DNA of 64,000 bases from Spirochaetia bacterium (GTDB lineage Bacteria > Spirochaetota > Spirochaetia > SZUA-6 > Bin103). The notes under the pieces are model-generated. The model was not told where the DNA came from. It was given only the letters and a program-made list of their open reading frames with translations, and ran no database searches. Positions 1 through 9,793 of the stretch are shown piece by piece. The position numbers were made by a program, and so were the translations under genes. The stretch spans positions 192,001 to 256,000 of the forward strand of contig CBDATQ010000001.1 in assembly GCA_965199955.1 (NCBI GenBank). Direction: 5' to 3'. Each line of letters starts with the position of its first letter. The first letter of the stretch is position 1.

Positions 1-2
1 AG

Positions 3-1124
<1,122 letters not shown>

Positions 1125-1128
1125 CGCC

Positions 1129-1722
1129 ATGTTGCGGCCCGCTGACGTCTGGACCATGGCTCGGGCACCCGAGGGCACGGCCGTGCTGATCCGGCCGTCG
1201 GGGGCGGACGTGGCCGTGCCCATCTTCGTCGACCACTGCATCGCGCAATCGATCTACATCGCCCTGCGCGGCGAACGGCAGAGCCGGCCGCTCACGCACG
1301 ATCTGTTCCTGCAGACGCTGGCCGCGATGAAGGCTTCCGTGGAGCGTGTGGAGATCACGGAGATCAAGAACGTCGGCGGCCACGGCACGTTCTTCGCGCG
1401 GCTGGTGCTGCTCCAGGACGGTCAGCAGGTGGAGGTGGATTCGCGGACGTCCGATGCCATCGCCATCGCCCTGCGCGCCAATTGTCCGATCTTCATCGAC
1501 GAGGACGTGGTCGAGCAGGCGTCGATCCCGGTTTCCACCGTGGAGAGCGGGGACTCACCGGAAGAGGACGAAGACGAAGACGACGCGGAAGCAGCCGAAG
1601 CGGCGGAAGGCGACCCGGTCGGAGAGCTCAAACGCGAACTCGCCATCGCCGTCCAGGAAGAGAACTACGAAGAGGCTGCGAGGCTGCGCGACCGCATCAC
1701 CGAGCTGGAAGGATCCTCGTAA
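1129..1722 (+). CDS. Bifunctional nuclease (DUF151) family protein with C-terminal UVR domain
   Basis: RPLTHDLF, VDSRTSDAIAIALR..CPIF; acidic linker, then ELAIAVQEENYEEAARLRDRI (UVR). Confidence 0.9.
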   Translation: MLRPADVWTMARAPEGTAVLIRPSGADVAVPIFVDHCIAQSIYIALRGERQSRPLTHDLFLQTLAAMKASVERVEITEIKNVGGHGTFFARLVLLQDGQQVEVDSRTSDAIAIALRANCPIFIDEDVVEQASIPVSTVESGDSPEEDEDEDDAEAAEAAEGDPVGELKRELAIAVQEENYEEAARLRDRITELEGSS

Positions 1723-1739
1723 CGGCTACTGGTCGCCGG

Positions 1740-2552
1740 CTATTCGTCGCCTTTCTGCTTGACGTTTTTCAGCCGCTCTTCGATCAGGGTTTCGATCTCG
1801 GTCTTTTCCTTGCCGAGCGAGTACGAAACCTCGTCCACCATCAGCCGCAGCGCGCTGTCGTACAGCTTGCGCTCCAGGATGGGCAGCTCCTTGATCCTGC
1901 TGCGGTAGGACAGCGAACGCACGACCGAGGCGATGTCGTCGACCGCGCCCTGCTTCAGGAGATCCAGGTTCATCTGATAGCGCAACTTCCAGTCGGTGGG
2001 GATGGGGTCGAAGTCCTCGGCGATCAGCCGCAGGGCGCGTTCGGCCTTGCGCTTGCTGACGATGGCGCGGATGCCGAGCCCGTCCGCCTTGTCGACCGGA
2101 ATCATGATCGTCATGTCGGAGACTTCCAGGTAGACGACGTAGTAGAGGGTGGGACTGCCCTGAAACTCCCGCTCCTCCAGCCGCTCGATCCTGCCGACGC
2201 CCTGGAGGGGATATACGATCTGCTGGCCCACGGAGTAACGCGTCCTGGGGCGGGCCGGCTTTCGCCTGGTCGCGGCTTTCTTGGCCGGCGACACGTCGTC
2301 CAGGGACGCGTCCGCCTTGACCGCGGCATCGTCGACCGTGCCGTTCGTCCCATCAGCCGTGTCGGCTGCCGGCTTGGCCGCGGTTGTCGATCTGGCGCGG
2401 CGCCTGGCGGCAGGACGCTTGCTGGTCGCTCCGGGTTTGCTGGTCGATTTCCGCTGCGCGGCCTTCGGTTCGCCAACCACCGGGGGCTGCGTCGATTCCG
2501 TGGGCTCGGTAGACTTGGTCGCGTCTTCGTTCGCAGACGCGGCTGACCCCAT
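1740..2552 (-). CDS. carD: CarD/CdnL family RNA polymerase-binding regulator with long N-terminal low-complexity extension
   Basis: YSVGQQIVYPLQGVGRI, MTIMIPVDKA..LGIR, DWKLRYQMN; start supported by promoter 6 nt upstream. Confidence 0.9.
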   Translation of the reverse strand: MGSAASANEDATKSTEPTESTQPPVVGEPKAAQRKSTSKPGATSKRPAARRRARSTTAAKPAADTADGTNGTVDDAAVKADASLDDVSPAKKAATRRKPARPRTRYSVGQQIVYPLQGVGRIERLEEREFQGSPTLYYVVYLEVSDMTIMIPVDKADGLGIRAIVSKRKAERALRLIAEDFDPIPTDWKLRYQMNLDLLKQGAVDDIASVVRSLSYRSRIKELPILERKLYDSALRLMVDEVSYSLGKEKTEIETLIEERLKNVKQKGDE

Positions 2553-2558
2553 GACCGA

Positions 2559-2587
2559 AGTATCGCACAGAGACCGTTCCGGGTCAA
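2559..2587 (-). promoter_or_regulatory. Sigma70-type promoter of carD (probably leaderless)
   Basis: Minus strand TTGACC-17 nt-GATACT, 6 nt before ATG, no SD. Confidence 0.65.
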
Positions 2588-2600
2588 AACAGAGTCACCG

Positions 2601-3431
2601 GTGACTCCTTCTGAGCGGCCCCGCAGCCGCCTGACGCGGGTGCTGAGCATTGCCGGGTACCCTGCCCTGTTCGCGGCGCTTGGCGTGGTCGCGATCGTCT
2701 TCTGGGAGCCCGTGTTGTCCCTGATGCGGAGCCCCGAGGAGCTCCGCGTACGGGTGGAAGCCTACGGGGTGGCGGCCCCTGCGGTGTTCATCGCCGTCCA
2801 GGTGCTGCAGGTGGTGGTCTTCGTGATCCCGGGAGAGTTCCCGCAGTTGGCCGCCGGGTACCTGTTCGGCATCCCGCTCGGCATCGCCCTGACGCTGAGC
2901 GGAGCGGCGCTTGGCTCGGCCATCGGGTTTCTGCTCGCGCGCCTGCTCGGGCGTCCGTTTCTGCACGCGATCGTGTCGGAGAAGCGCAGCAGCCAGGTGG
3001 AGGATCTGATCGCCTCGCCGCGCGGGGTCGGTATGCTGTTCCTGCTGTACCTGATTCCCGGGATCCCGAAGGACGTCCTGTGCTACGTGGCCGGCATCGG
3101 TCCCCTGCGGCTGGGCGTCTATCTGTTGGCCAGCACCGTCGGGCGCCTCCCCGGAGTGGCGGTGAGCGTGATATCCGGAGACGCGGCCGCCGAGCGGCAG
3201 TGGGCGGTCGTGGCGATCGCCCTGGGCATCGCCGTGGTGCTTTTCGTGGCGGGATTCCTGTTGCGCCGCCGACTCATGGAGGTGCTGCAGCGCTTCGCGC
3301 GGCTCGATGAGCTCCGGCCGTCCGATGAGCCCCGGCCGCCCGCCGAACCGGGGCCGCCCGGTCAGCCTGGGAGGAAATCCGCGACGGCGGCGACGCCGGC
3401 CGGCAGGTCCGCGCGCCGGAAGCCCAGGTAG
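2601..3431 (+). CDS. TVP38/TMEM64 (VTT/DedA) family membrane protein
   Basis: QVVVFVIPGE, AGYLFG, LYLIPGIPKDVLCYVAG, GRLPG; several TM segments. Confidence 0.9.
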   Translation: MTPSERPRSRLTRVLSIAGYPALFAALGVVAIVFWEPVLSLMRSPEELRVRVEAYGVAAPAVFIAVQVLQVVVFVIPGEFPQLAAGYLFGIPLGIALTLSGAALGSAIGFLLARLLGRPFLHAIVSEKRSSQVEDLIASPRGVGMLFLLYLIPGIPKDVLCYVAGIGPLRLGVYLLASTVGRLPGVAVSVISGDAAAERQWAVVAIALGIAVVLFVAGFLLRRRLMEVLQRFARLDELRPSDEPRPPAEPGPPGQPGRKSATAATPAGRSARRKPR

Positions 3432-5014
3432 CGGAACGGATGGATGTCCAGCAAGTTCGGGGTCCACCCGGATACGCGCTGCAGGTCGATGAGCGATTGG
3501 GTCACAAGGTGATGGACCGGCAGGATGACCGCGTCCTGCAGCAGCAGCTCCTCCGCCTCCGCCAGCAGTTGCATGCGGTCGAGGCCCGTGGAGCCGATGG
3601 CCCGATTGATCATCCGGTCGTAGTCGCGGGACGAGTACCCGGCGTCGTTGAGGTTGCTTGAGCTGGTCCACATCTGCAGGAAGCTGATCGGATCGATGAA
3701 GTCGCCGATCCAACTGCTGATCGTCAGGGTGAAGTTGCCGGCCTTCACTTCCGCCAGGTAGTCGTCGTACTCCCGTACCACGGCCACGGTGACGTCGATC
3801 CCGAGGTTGGACTCCCAGGCCGTCTCGAGATCCGCGGCCAGTGAAGCAGCCCATGAGCCCGCCACCGTGACCGTGACCGGCGGGAGCCCAGTGCCGTCCG
3901 CGAAGCCGGCCTGTTCCAGCAGCCGCCGCGCGGTGCGCATGTCAGGGGCCGGGATGCCTTCCACGGCCGGATAGTTCGCCGTGCGCGGCACCAGGCCGCT
4001 GGTCGGGAAGGGCACCCGTTCCGGGTTGCGAACCGTCTCCCACGGAACCATCAGGACGAGCGCACGGCGCACGCGTGCGTCATCGAACGGCGGATCGCTC
4101 GACTTGAACACGAAATAGGTCGTGCCGAACAGCCAGTTGGTGACAACGAACGGGCGAATCTGCGCGGCTGTCTCATGGCTTCCGTCGAAGGAGTCGGCCC
4201 AGTGGATCTCCCCTGCCAGGAATCCGGCATTGGCCGCGGCGGGATCTTCGAAGGCGCGGACGCGGATGCGGTCGAGCTCGACCTCCGACCGTGCCCAGTA
4301 GTGCGGATTCCGGTCGAACACCAGCTCGTCCGCCTCCCGGCCTGTCAGGGAGAACGGACCGTTGCCGATGATCGGCGCCTGCCGCTCAAACCCGACCTGG
4401 GCGCGGTAGGCGGGGTAGACCGGGGCGAAGGCGTGGTGTGCCAGCGTGCTCAGGAAGTGCTCGGCCGGGCGCTCCAGCACCACCTCGAGCTCGATGGGCG
4501 AGATCACGCGGATGCCGACGGCCTCTTCGTCGTTGTTGGCCCCCGACCGGTAGTCGGCCACGCCCTTGATCACGTCGAACAGCACCGAGTACTCGGCCTG
4601 CTCGCCGGGGTTGATGATGCGCAGCCAGGACGCCCGAAAGTCCTCGGCGATCACTTGCGTGCCGTCCGAGAAGCGGGCGTTGTCGCGCAGCAGAAAGCGG
4701 TAACGCAGCCCGTCTTCGGACACCTGCCAGGAGCGTGCCACGCCGGGAACGGGGTCAAGGGTATCGGGATGGTAGGAGACGAGGCCCTCCGACAGCGCGG
4801 TGAAGAGTTGCGCTTCGATTGCGGTATAGGCGTGCAAAGGGTCGAACGCCACGTCCACGGTGCCGAGGGCGACGACCATCTCCCGGGCCGTCGTCTCGTC
4901 GGCGCCGATCGTGGGAGTTGCGGTGACCAGGAGCGCGGCGCCGACAAGCGCGGCCGACGCCAGTCGCGCGGACAAGGAGCGCGTGCGCCGCATCCGAACG
5001 GCCCGTTCCATCAT
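3362..5014 (-). CDS. Peptide ABC transporter substrate-binding protein (OppA-like, family 5)
   Basis: Signal peptide; LSEGLV, PGVARSW.VSEDGLRYRF.LR..ARFSDG, GNGPF, DARVRRAL; ATGA overlap with rhomboid stop. Confidence 0.9.
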   Translation of the reverse strand: MMERAVRMRRTRSLSARLASAALVGAALLVTATPTIGADETTAREMVVALGTVDVAFDPLHAYTAIEAQLFTALSEGLVSYHPDTLDPVPGVARSWQVSEDGLRYRFLLRDNARFSDGTQVIAEDFRASWLRIINPGEQAEYSVLFDVIKGVADYRSGANNDEEAVGIRVISPIELEVVLERPAEHFLSTLAHHAFAPVYPAYRAQVGFERQAPIIGNGPFSLTGREADELVFDRNPHYWARSEVELDRIRVRAFEDPAAANAGFLAGEIHWADSFDGSHETAAQIRPFVVTNWLFGTTYFVFKSSDPPFDDARVRRALVLMVPWETVRNPERVPFPTSGLVPRTANYPAVEGIPAPDMRTARRLLEQAGFADGTGLPPVTVTVAGSWAASLAADLETAWESNLGIDVTVAVVREYDDYLAEVKAGNFTLTISSWIGDFIDPISFLQMWTSSSNLNDAGYSSRDYDRMINRAIGSTGLDRMQLLAEAEELLLQDAVILPVHHLVTQSLIDLQRVSGWTPNLLDIHPFRYLGFRRADLPAGVAAVADFLPG

Positions 5015-5640
5015 CCGCGCCTGAAGGCTTCCAGCGGATCGATGCCGAGCCGTACGCGCAGGTAGAGGAAGCCTGCCAGCAGCCCGCCGAGGTGGGTCAG
5101 ATGAGCGACGTGGGTGCGCTGCCCGGTGATCTGGAATACCAGCGCCAGCCCGCCGAGGATGAGCACCATGGTGGTGGCGCGCATCGGGATGAACCAGAAG
5201 GTCACGACCTGGTACGGGTTCAACACCGCGTAGGCCAGCATGATCCCGTACACGGCGCCGGATGCGCCCACGATGGCCACCGGTGCTGCCGACGCAACGG
5301 CCAGGACGGTGCTGAACACCCCGGCGAGCACGCCGCAGGTGAGGTAGAGCGTCAGGAACTCGGAGCTGCCGATCTCCCGTTCCACCGGCGATCCGAACAG
5401 GAACAGCATGAGCATGTTGAACAGCAGGTGCAGCGAACCGCCATGCAGGAACAGGTAGGTGACGAGCTGCCAGACGGCGCCTTCGCGAGCCACCATCAGC
5501 GGGCGCAGGACCGCCGCCCCGACGGAGGAAGGGACGGCCAGGAGTACGAGATACATGCCGACCGTGATGCCGATCAGCCATGTGGTTGCGTTGTATTGCC
5601 GATACGGGAACGGCGTACGGAGCAAGCCACGGTCGCTCAC
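5011..5640 (-). CDS. Rhomboid intramembrane serine protease
   Basis: WQLVTYLFLH, HLLFNM, catalytic GASG, AHLTHLGG. Confidence 0.93.
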   Translation of the reverse strand: MSDRGLLRTPFPYRQYNATTWLIGITVGMYLVLLAVPSSVGAAVLRPLMVAREGAVWQLVTYLFLHGGSLHLLFNMLMLFLFGSPVEREIGSSEFLTLYLTCGVLAGVFSTVLAVASAAPVAIVGASGAVYGIMLAYAVLNPYQVVTFWFIPMRATTMVLILGGLALVFQITGQRTHVAHLTHLGGLLAGFLYLRVRLGIDPLEAFRRG

Positions 5641-5646
5641 CTCGAC

Positions 5647-5675
5647 AAGCTACCGCCCGCCCCGAACGCGGTCAA
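5647..5675 (-). promoter_or_regulatory. Sigma70-type promoter of rhomboid-oppA (probably leaderless)
   Basis: Minus strand TTGACC-17 nt-TAGCTT, 6 nt before GTG. Confidence 0.65.
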
Positions 5676-6700
5676 ACCGTCGGTCCCCCAGCGCCGATGA
5701 GTGCGTCGGCCATCTCCAGCAGCCGATCGGCGGGCTCTCCTTCCGGAACGAGGGCGGCAAGGTCCACCCGAGTCTCCCGGTACAGGTCGCCCGCCCGCCT
5801 GCGCGCGTCCTGCAGGCTGCCTGACGCCTGCAGCAGGGCGACGGCCCGGTCGATCTGTGGACGGACCCGCTCGATGGGACGGTTCTGGATGCCGTCCAGG
5901 ATCCCCCACAGCTCGTCCGCGCCGCCTCGCTCGCTATGCAGGATGAGCGGAAGACTCTTCTTGCCCTCGATCAGGTCGTCTCCGCGATCCTTGCCCGGAT
6001 TGCCGCGTTCCAGGTTGGTGACGTCGTCGATGATCTGGAAGGAGACGCCGAAGCGCTCGCCGATGGCAACCAGCGAGCTCACCGCTACCGCCTCGGCGCC
6101 TCCCAGAGCGGCGCCAAGTCCCAGAGCGAGTCCGGCAAGGCTGCCCGACTTCAGCGTGCACATCGACATGTAGTCCGCCGCGCTGGGCAGGATCGCTCCG
6201 GGGCGGTGCCAGAGGATGTCCAGCCCTTGCCCGTAGTGCAGCTTGCGCATCGTCGCGGCGTACATGCGATAGACGCGCAGCTCCTCCGCCGCATCCAGCG
6301 CGGGCACGTCCGCGGACGGCCGGTCGAGCATCCGCGTCGGCAGGAAGTAGACCAGGTTGCCCGCGTTCACTGCCACGTCCACCCCGAACTCGACGTGAGC
6401 GGCCGGGCCGCCGCGGCGGGTGCGCGCGCCGTCCTCGATGTCGTCGATGATCAGGCTGCCGGCGTGGGTGAGCTCCACCAGCGGAACCAGGGGCAGCGCC
6501 CGGTCGCCGCCGCCGTGCATCTCACAGGCGAGCTGCATGAACAGGGCGCGCCAGCGCTTGCCTCCCCGTTCCATCAGGCGGCGGGCGGGCGCCACGATCT
6601 GGGCGCCGCGCTCGGACGTCAGGGTCGGATCATGCGGTCCCGGCTCCCGGAGGCGGAGGGCCTCGAAAAGTACCGCTTCGATCCGTGCCAGCCGCTCCAC
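5672..6700 (-). CDS. Polyprenyl diphosphate synthase
   Basis: GGKRWR, FARM IIDDIED..RTRRG, GQGLDI, SARM FQIIDD, GDDLIEGKKS; GTG start inferred from upstream TTGACG-17-GACAGT. Confidence 0.92.
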   Translation of the reverse strand: MERLARIEAVLFEALRLREPGPHDPTLTSERGAQIVAPARRLMERGGKRWRALFMQLACEMHGGGDRALPLVPLVELTHAGSLIIDDIEDGARTRRGGPAAHVEFGVDVAVNAGNLVYFLPTRMLDRPSADVPALDAAEELRVYRMYAATMRKLHYGQGLDILWHRPGAILPSAADYMSMCTLKSGSLAGLALGLGAALGGAEAVAVSSLVAIGERFGVSFQIIDDVTNLERGNPGKDRGDDLIEGKKSLPLILHSERGGADELWGILDGIQNRPIERVRPQIDRAVALLQASGSLQDARRRAGDLYRETRVDLAALVPEGEPADRLLEMADALIGAGGPTV

Positions 6701-6823
6701 GCGAGGGTGACTGTCGTGCCCGCGGCGTCGGTCGTCAAGGTCACCCTTGCTACGGCGGTTGCATCTGTCGGACGGCATCGGTATGATCGGCCGCAACTCT
6801 CAAACAAAGAGGTGCGAGATAAG

Positions 6824-7453
6824 ATGAAACGTGTAGTGACGATTTTGGCTCTCGTGGCCCTCGCGGCTTCCTTCTCCTTCGCGGATAGTTACATGGGCGT
6901 CGACATCCATACGGACGGCGGCATGTGGCAGGAGGTCGATGGCCGCCTGGCGCAGACGGACGCCTCCGCATGGCTGGCTGGAGCCATGGTGCCCGCGGGC
7001 ATCCAGGGCAAGGCCGAGTACTCATTCGACGTCGCCTACCTGGGCGGCTTGGAGGACGACGTCATCGGCTTCGGCGTCATAGTGCCCGGCTTCGTGATGG
7101 GTCTGGTCTGGGATCCGGCCAATCTGGGCGGTTCCGGACTGCACGCGCAGGTGTACAACGACGCGGGTGAGATTCACGAGTACGCGGGCATCACGTACAG
7201 CTTCGAGATCCCGGCGGCGATGATCGCCGGCATCACGGCGGAGATGGTGATGAACACCCCGCTGGCGGTCCGCATCCGCATCGATTCCAGCAATGGCAAC
7301 GTGTGGGTCAAGGATCCGTTCGACGCGACCACGTGGTGGGCGTTCACCCTGGGTCAGTCGCTGGAAGGAGAGGGCCACAACATGGTCGGCGTGGGCACCA
7401 CGTCGGCGGCGGCCAGCTTCGGCAACTTCTCCGCGATGGCGATGGAGATGTAG
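6824..7453 (+). CDS. Secreted hypothetical protein (beta-rich)
   Basis: Sec signal MKRVVTILALVALAASFSFA, GAGGTG SD-like sequence upstream, strong GC3 codon bias. Confidence 0.75.
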   Translation: MKRVVTILALVALAASFSFADSYMGVDIHTDGGMWQEVDGRLAQTDASAWLAGAMVPAGIQGKAEYSFDVAYLGGLEDDVIGFGVIVPGFVMGLVWDPANLGGSGLHAQVYNDAGEIHEYAGITYSFEIPAAMIAGITAEMVMNTPLAVRIRIDSSNGNVWVKDPFDATTWWAFTLGQSLEGEGHNMVGVGTTSAAASFGNFSAMAMEM

Positions 7454-7460
7454 CGGTCCG

Positions 7461-8672
7461 CTACCCGTTCTGACCGGAGCGGCGCCGTACGCGGTGCCGC
7501 CTGGATCCTGTCGGCCGTCGCCCGTGCGGCGGCCGATTCTTTTTTTTCCGGACCGGTGCCTCGTCAGCCGGACCTCCTCCGCGGTAGCTGCGGTAGATCC
7601 TGCACGCCCGGTAATACGGCTCCGGGCTGGCGAAGGTCGCCAGGGTGTCGGCGCGAAACAGTTCCAGAAGACGGGGAAAGGCCGGCTCGGCCATGATGCG
7701 CTCCAACAGGGCGCGGCGCCCCGGGCTGGCACCGCGCTCCCGCATGGCGCCCGGCATCATGTGGTACCGGACCAGAAACCCGACCTCATCCACCACCGGC
7801 TGATCGAAGCCTAGCCGCCGGAGGAACCGCCGCGCCACCTGCGCGCCGATGTCGGCGTGAGCGAAGAAGCGCTTGCGGCCGATCGGCCGCGCGCTCGCCT
7901 TGCCAACGTCGTGCAGCAGCAGCGCCAGCGACAGGATCAGGTCCGCGCGCTTGCGGTGGGCAAAGGTCGCCAGCGTGTGCTGCCAGCCGCCGCCTTCGGG
8001 ATGATGTTCCTTGGCGTGGTCGACGCCGGCCAGGGCGCTGAGCTCCGGCCACCAGAGCTCGACCAGCCCGGCCTGCAGCAGCAGGTCCAGTCCCTTCTCC
8101 GGGTAGGGGGAGTTCAGGATCTCGCAGAGGATCTGCCGCTGGTACTCGGGAGCGACCGGAGGAGGTTCCCGGCGCAACGTGAGGCCGGCCGGATCGGCCG
8201 CGTAATGGTAGCGCGACACCAGGCGGGCCGCCTCGGTCAGGCGTACCCACTCCGCGTGCACTCCCGGCACTGGTACCAGCTCGGCGCGCCGCAGGTCGCC
8301 GTAGATGCCGTGCGGGTCGTGGAACACTCCGGTCCGCGGGTCGTAGCGCAGGTCCAGCACCGTGAACGGGTTGCGCGGCCACGGCTCCGAGTCGTCGGCG
8401 CAGCGGAAGAAGACGCTGCGGTCGCCGGTTCGCGTGGCGGCGTGCTCCAGCGGAAAGCCGGGGAAGGTCAGCTCGTCGAACAGCCGGGCCAGCGCGATCA
8501 GGTCACCGCGCGTGAGGACGATATCGGATGGGGATCCGTCGGTGCGGAAGTAGCGGTCGAGAGCGGAGTAGCTGCCCAGATAGGTCTGATAGCCGGCATC
8601 GGACAGGATCGCCACGGGGGACAGGGTCGCCTTGGAGGACAGGGTCGCCGCCGGTGCGGAGCCGTTCTGCAT
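7461..8672 (-). CDS. HD-domain protein related to CCA-adding enzyme/poly(A) polymerase
   Basis: PFTVLDLRYD..DPHG..DL, WPEL, HHPEG..WQHT, LALLLHDVGK, FFAHADIGA, LVRYHM. Confidence 0.8.
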   Translation of the reverse strand: MQNGSAPAATLSSKATLSPVAILSDAGYQTYLGSYSALDRYFRTDGSPSDIVLTRGDLIALARLFDELTFPGFPLEHAATRTGDRSVFFRCADDSEPWPRNPFTVLDLRYDPRTGVFHDPHGIYGDLRRAELVPVPGVHAEWVRLTEAARLVSRYHYAADPAGLTLRREPPPVAPEYQRQILCEILNSPYPEKGLDLLLQAGLVELWWPELSALAGVDHAKEHHPEGGGWQHTLATFAHRKRADLILSLALLLHDVGKASARPIGRKRFFAHADIGAQVARRFLRRLGFDQPVVDEVGFLVRYHMMPGAMRERGASPGRRALLERIMAEPAFPRLLELFRADTLATFASPEPYYRACRIYRSYRGGGPADEAPVRKKKNRPPHGRRPTGSRRHRVRRRSGQNG

Positions 8673-8699
8673 GAATTGCCTGCCATCCCGGTGGGTGCG

Positions 8700-9254
8700 T
8701 CAGAGCGTGGCGGAGACCACTTCGATCTCCGGGTCGATCTCGTCGCGGAGGATCCCCTGGATCGCGCTGAGCGTGCCGGATTCCGATGCCGGGCAGCTCC
8801 CGCAGGCCCCCTGATAGCTGACCACCACGCGCTTGTCCTCGTACGCCAGCACGTCCAGATCGCCGCCGTCGCCCTGCAGGTAGGGCCGCACCGTTCGGTC
8901 GAGCACGTCTTCGATGGCCCTGATGTCGTCGGGCAGATCGTCACGGCTGCGCTCCGGCTGCCGCGGGGTGAAGTCGGGGTCGTGGGACTGGATCTCGCTG
9001 CCGGCGATCTCCTTGATCTGATCGGCCGCGTCCTGCCAGTCGGTGTCTTCGTCCTTGCTGACGGTGATGACGTTCTCGAACAGGTGCACCTGGCGGACGT
9101 ACGGCAATTCGAACAGCCGCTCCACCAGCGGCACCCCCGTTGCCTGCTCAGGCCCCTCGAACGTGATCTTGCCGGTGCTCTTCACGTCCAGGTTGAGGAT
9201 GAACTTCATCGCGTTCGGATTGGGGGTGAACTGCGTGAGAATGGCGACAGGCAC
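8700..9254 (-). CDS. Nfu/NifU family Fe-S carrier (Nfu_N + NifU-C)
   Basis: TPNPNAMKF; VRPYLQGDGGD, YQGACGSCP. Confidence 0.92.
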   Translation of the reverse strand: MPVAILTQFTPNPNAMKFILNLDVKSTGKITFEGPEQATGVPLVERLFELPYVRQVHLFENVITVSKDEDTDWQDAADQIKEIAGSEIQSHDPDFTPRQPERSRDDLPDDIRAIEDVLDRTVRPYLQGDGGDLDVLAYEDKRVVVSYQGACGSCPASESGTLSAIQGILRDEIDPEIEVVSATL

Positions 9255-9265
9255 GGCGGTGGACC

Positions 9266-9793
9266 TCAGCTCTCCGTGGTGACGGCACCGCCGCCGGCGA
9301 GCGCGCTGGACAGCGCGTGCCAGGACAGGATCGCGCACTTCACCCGCGCCGGGTACTCCCAGATGCCGGAGAACACCTGCAGCTTGCCCAGCTCGGAGTG
9401 CCGGGTGGAGTCGAGCCGCCCGCGCACCAGGTCGTGAAAGCGTTCGAACAGTGCGGTCACCTCGTCGGCGCTCATGCCGGTGACCGTTTCGGTCATCAGG
9501 GACGCGGACGCCTTGGAGATGGCGCATCCCGCGCCGTAGAAGCCGATGGCCGCCACCTTGCCGTCTTCGTCCAGGCGCAAATCGATCGTGAAGCGGTCGC
9601 CGCACAACGGGTTGTCGCCCTCGGCGCTGTTGGTGGCGTCGCAGAGTGGCCCGTAGTTCCTCGGTTTGCGGTTGTGCTCAAGGATCACCTGCTGGTACAG
9701 CTCAGCCCGTCCTGAGTCAGCCTGCCCGGAATCAACCTGCCCGGAATCAACCTGCCCGGAATCAACCTGCCCGGAATCAACACGGTCGCTCAC
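9266..9793 (-). CDS. sufU: SUF system NifU-family sulfur transfer protein SufU
   Basis: LYQQVILEH..PRNYG, NPLCGD, GCAISKASAS, YPARVKCA; GTGA overlap with sufS. Confidence 0.93.
   Translation of the reverse strand: MSDRVDSGQVDSGQVDSGQVDSGQADSGRAELYQQVILEHNRKPRNYGPLCDATNSAEGDNPLCGDRFTIDLRLDEDGKVAAIGFYGAGCAISKASASLMTETVTGMSADEVTALFERFHDLVRGRLDSTRHSELGKLQVFSGIWEYPARVKCAILSWHALSSALAGGGAVTTES
9721..9780. repeat. 15-bp tandem repeat, 4 perfect copies (CCTGCCCGGAATCAA), encodes VDSGQ in SufU N-terminus
   Basis: Read directly; a degenerate fifth copy (ADSGR) is adjacent. Confidence 0.97.

Noticed and set aside
3362..3431. 70-bp convergent overlap of TVP38 and OppA genes (also 42162-42214, 61521-61539)
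   Set aside because: Low-complexity tails running on in stop-poor GC-rich DNA; no sign of function.
9721..9780. Possible CRISPR array
   Set aside because: Contiguous 15-bp units without spacers, inside a CDS; no cas genes.
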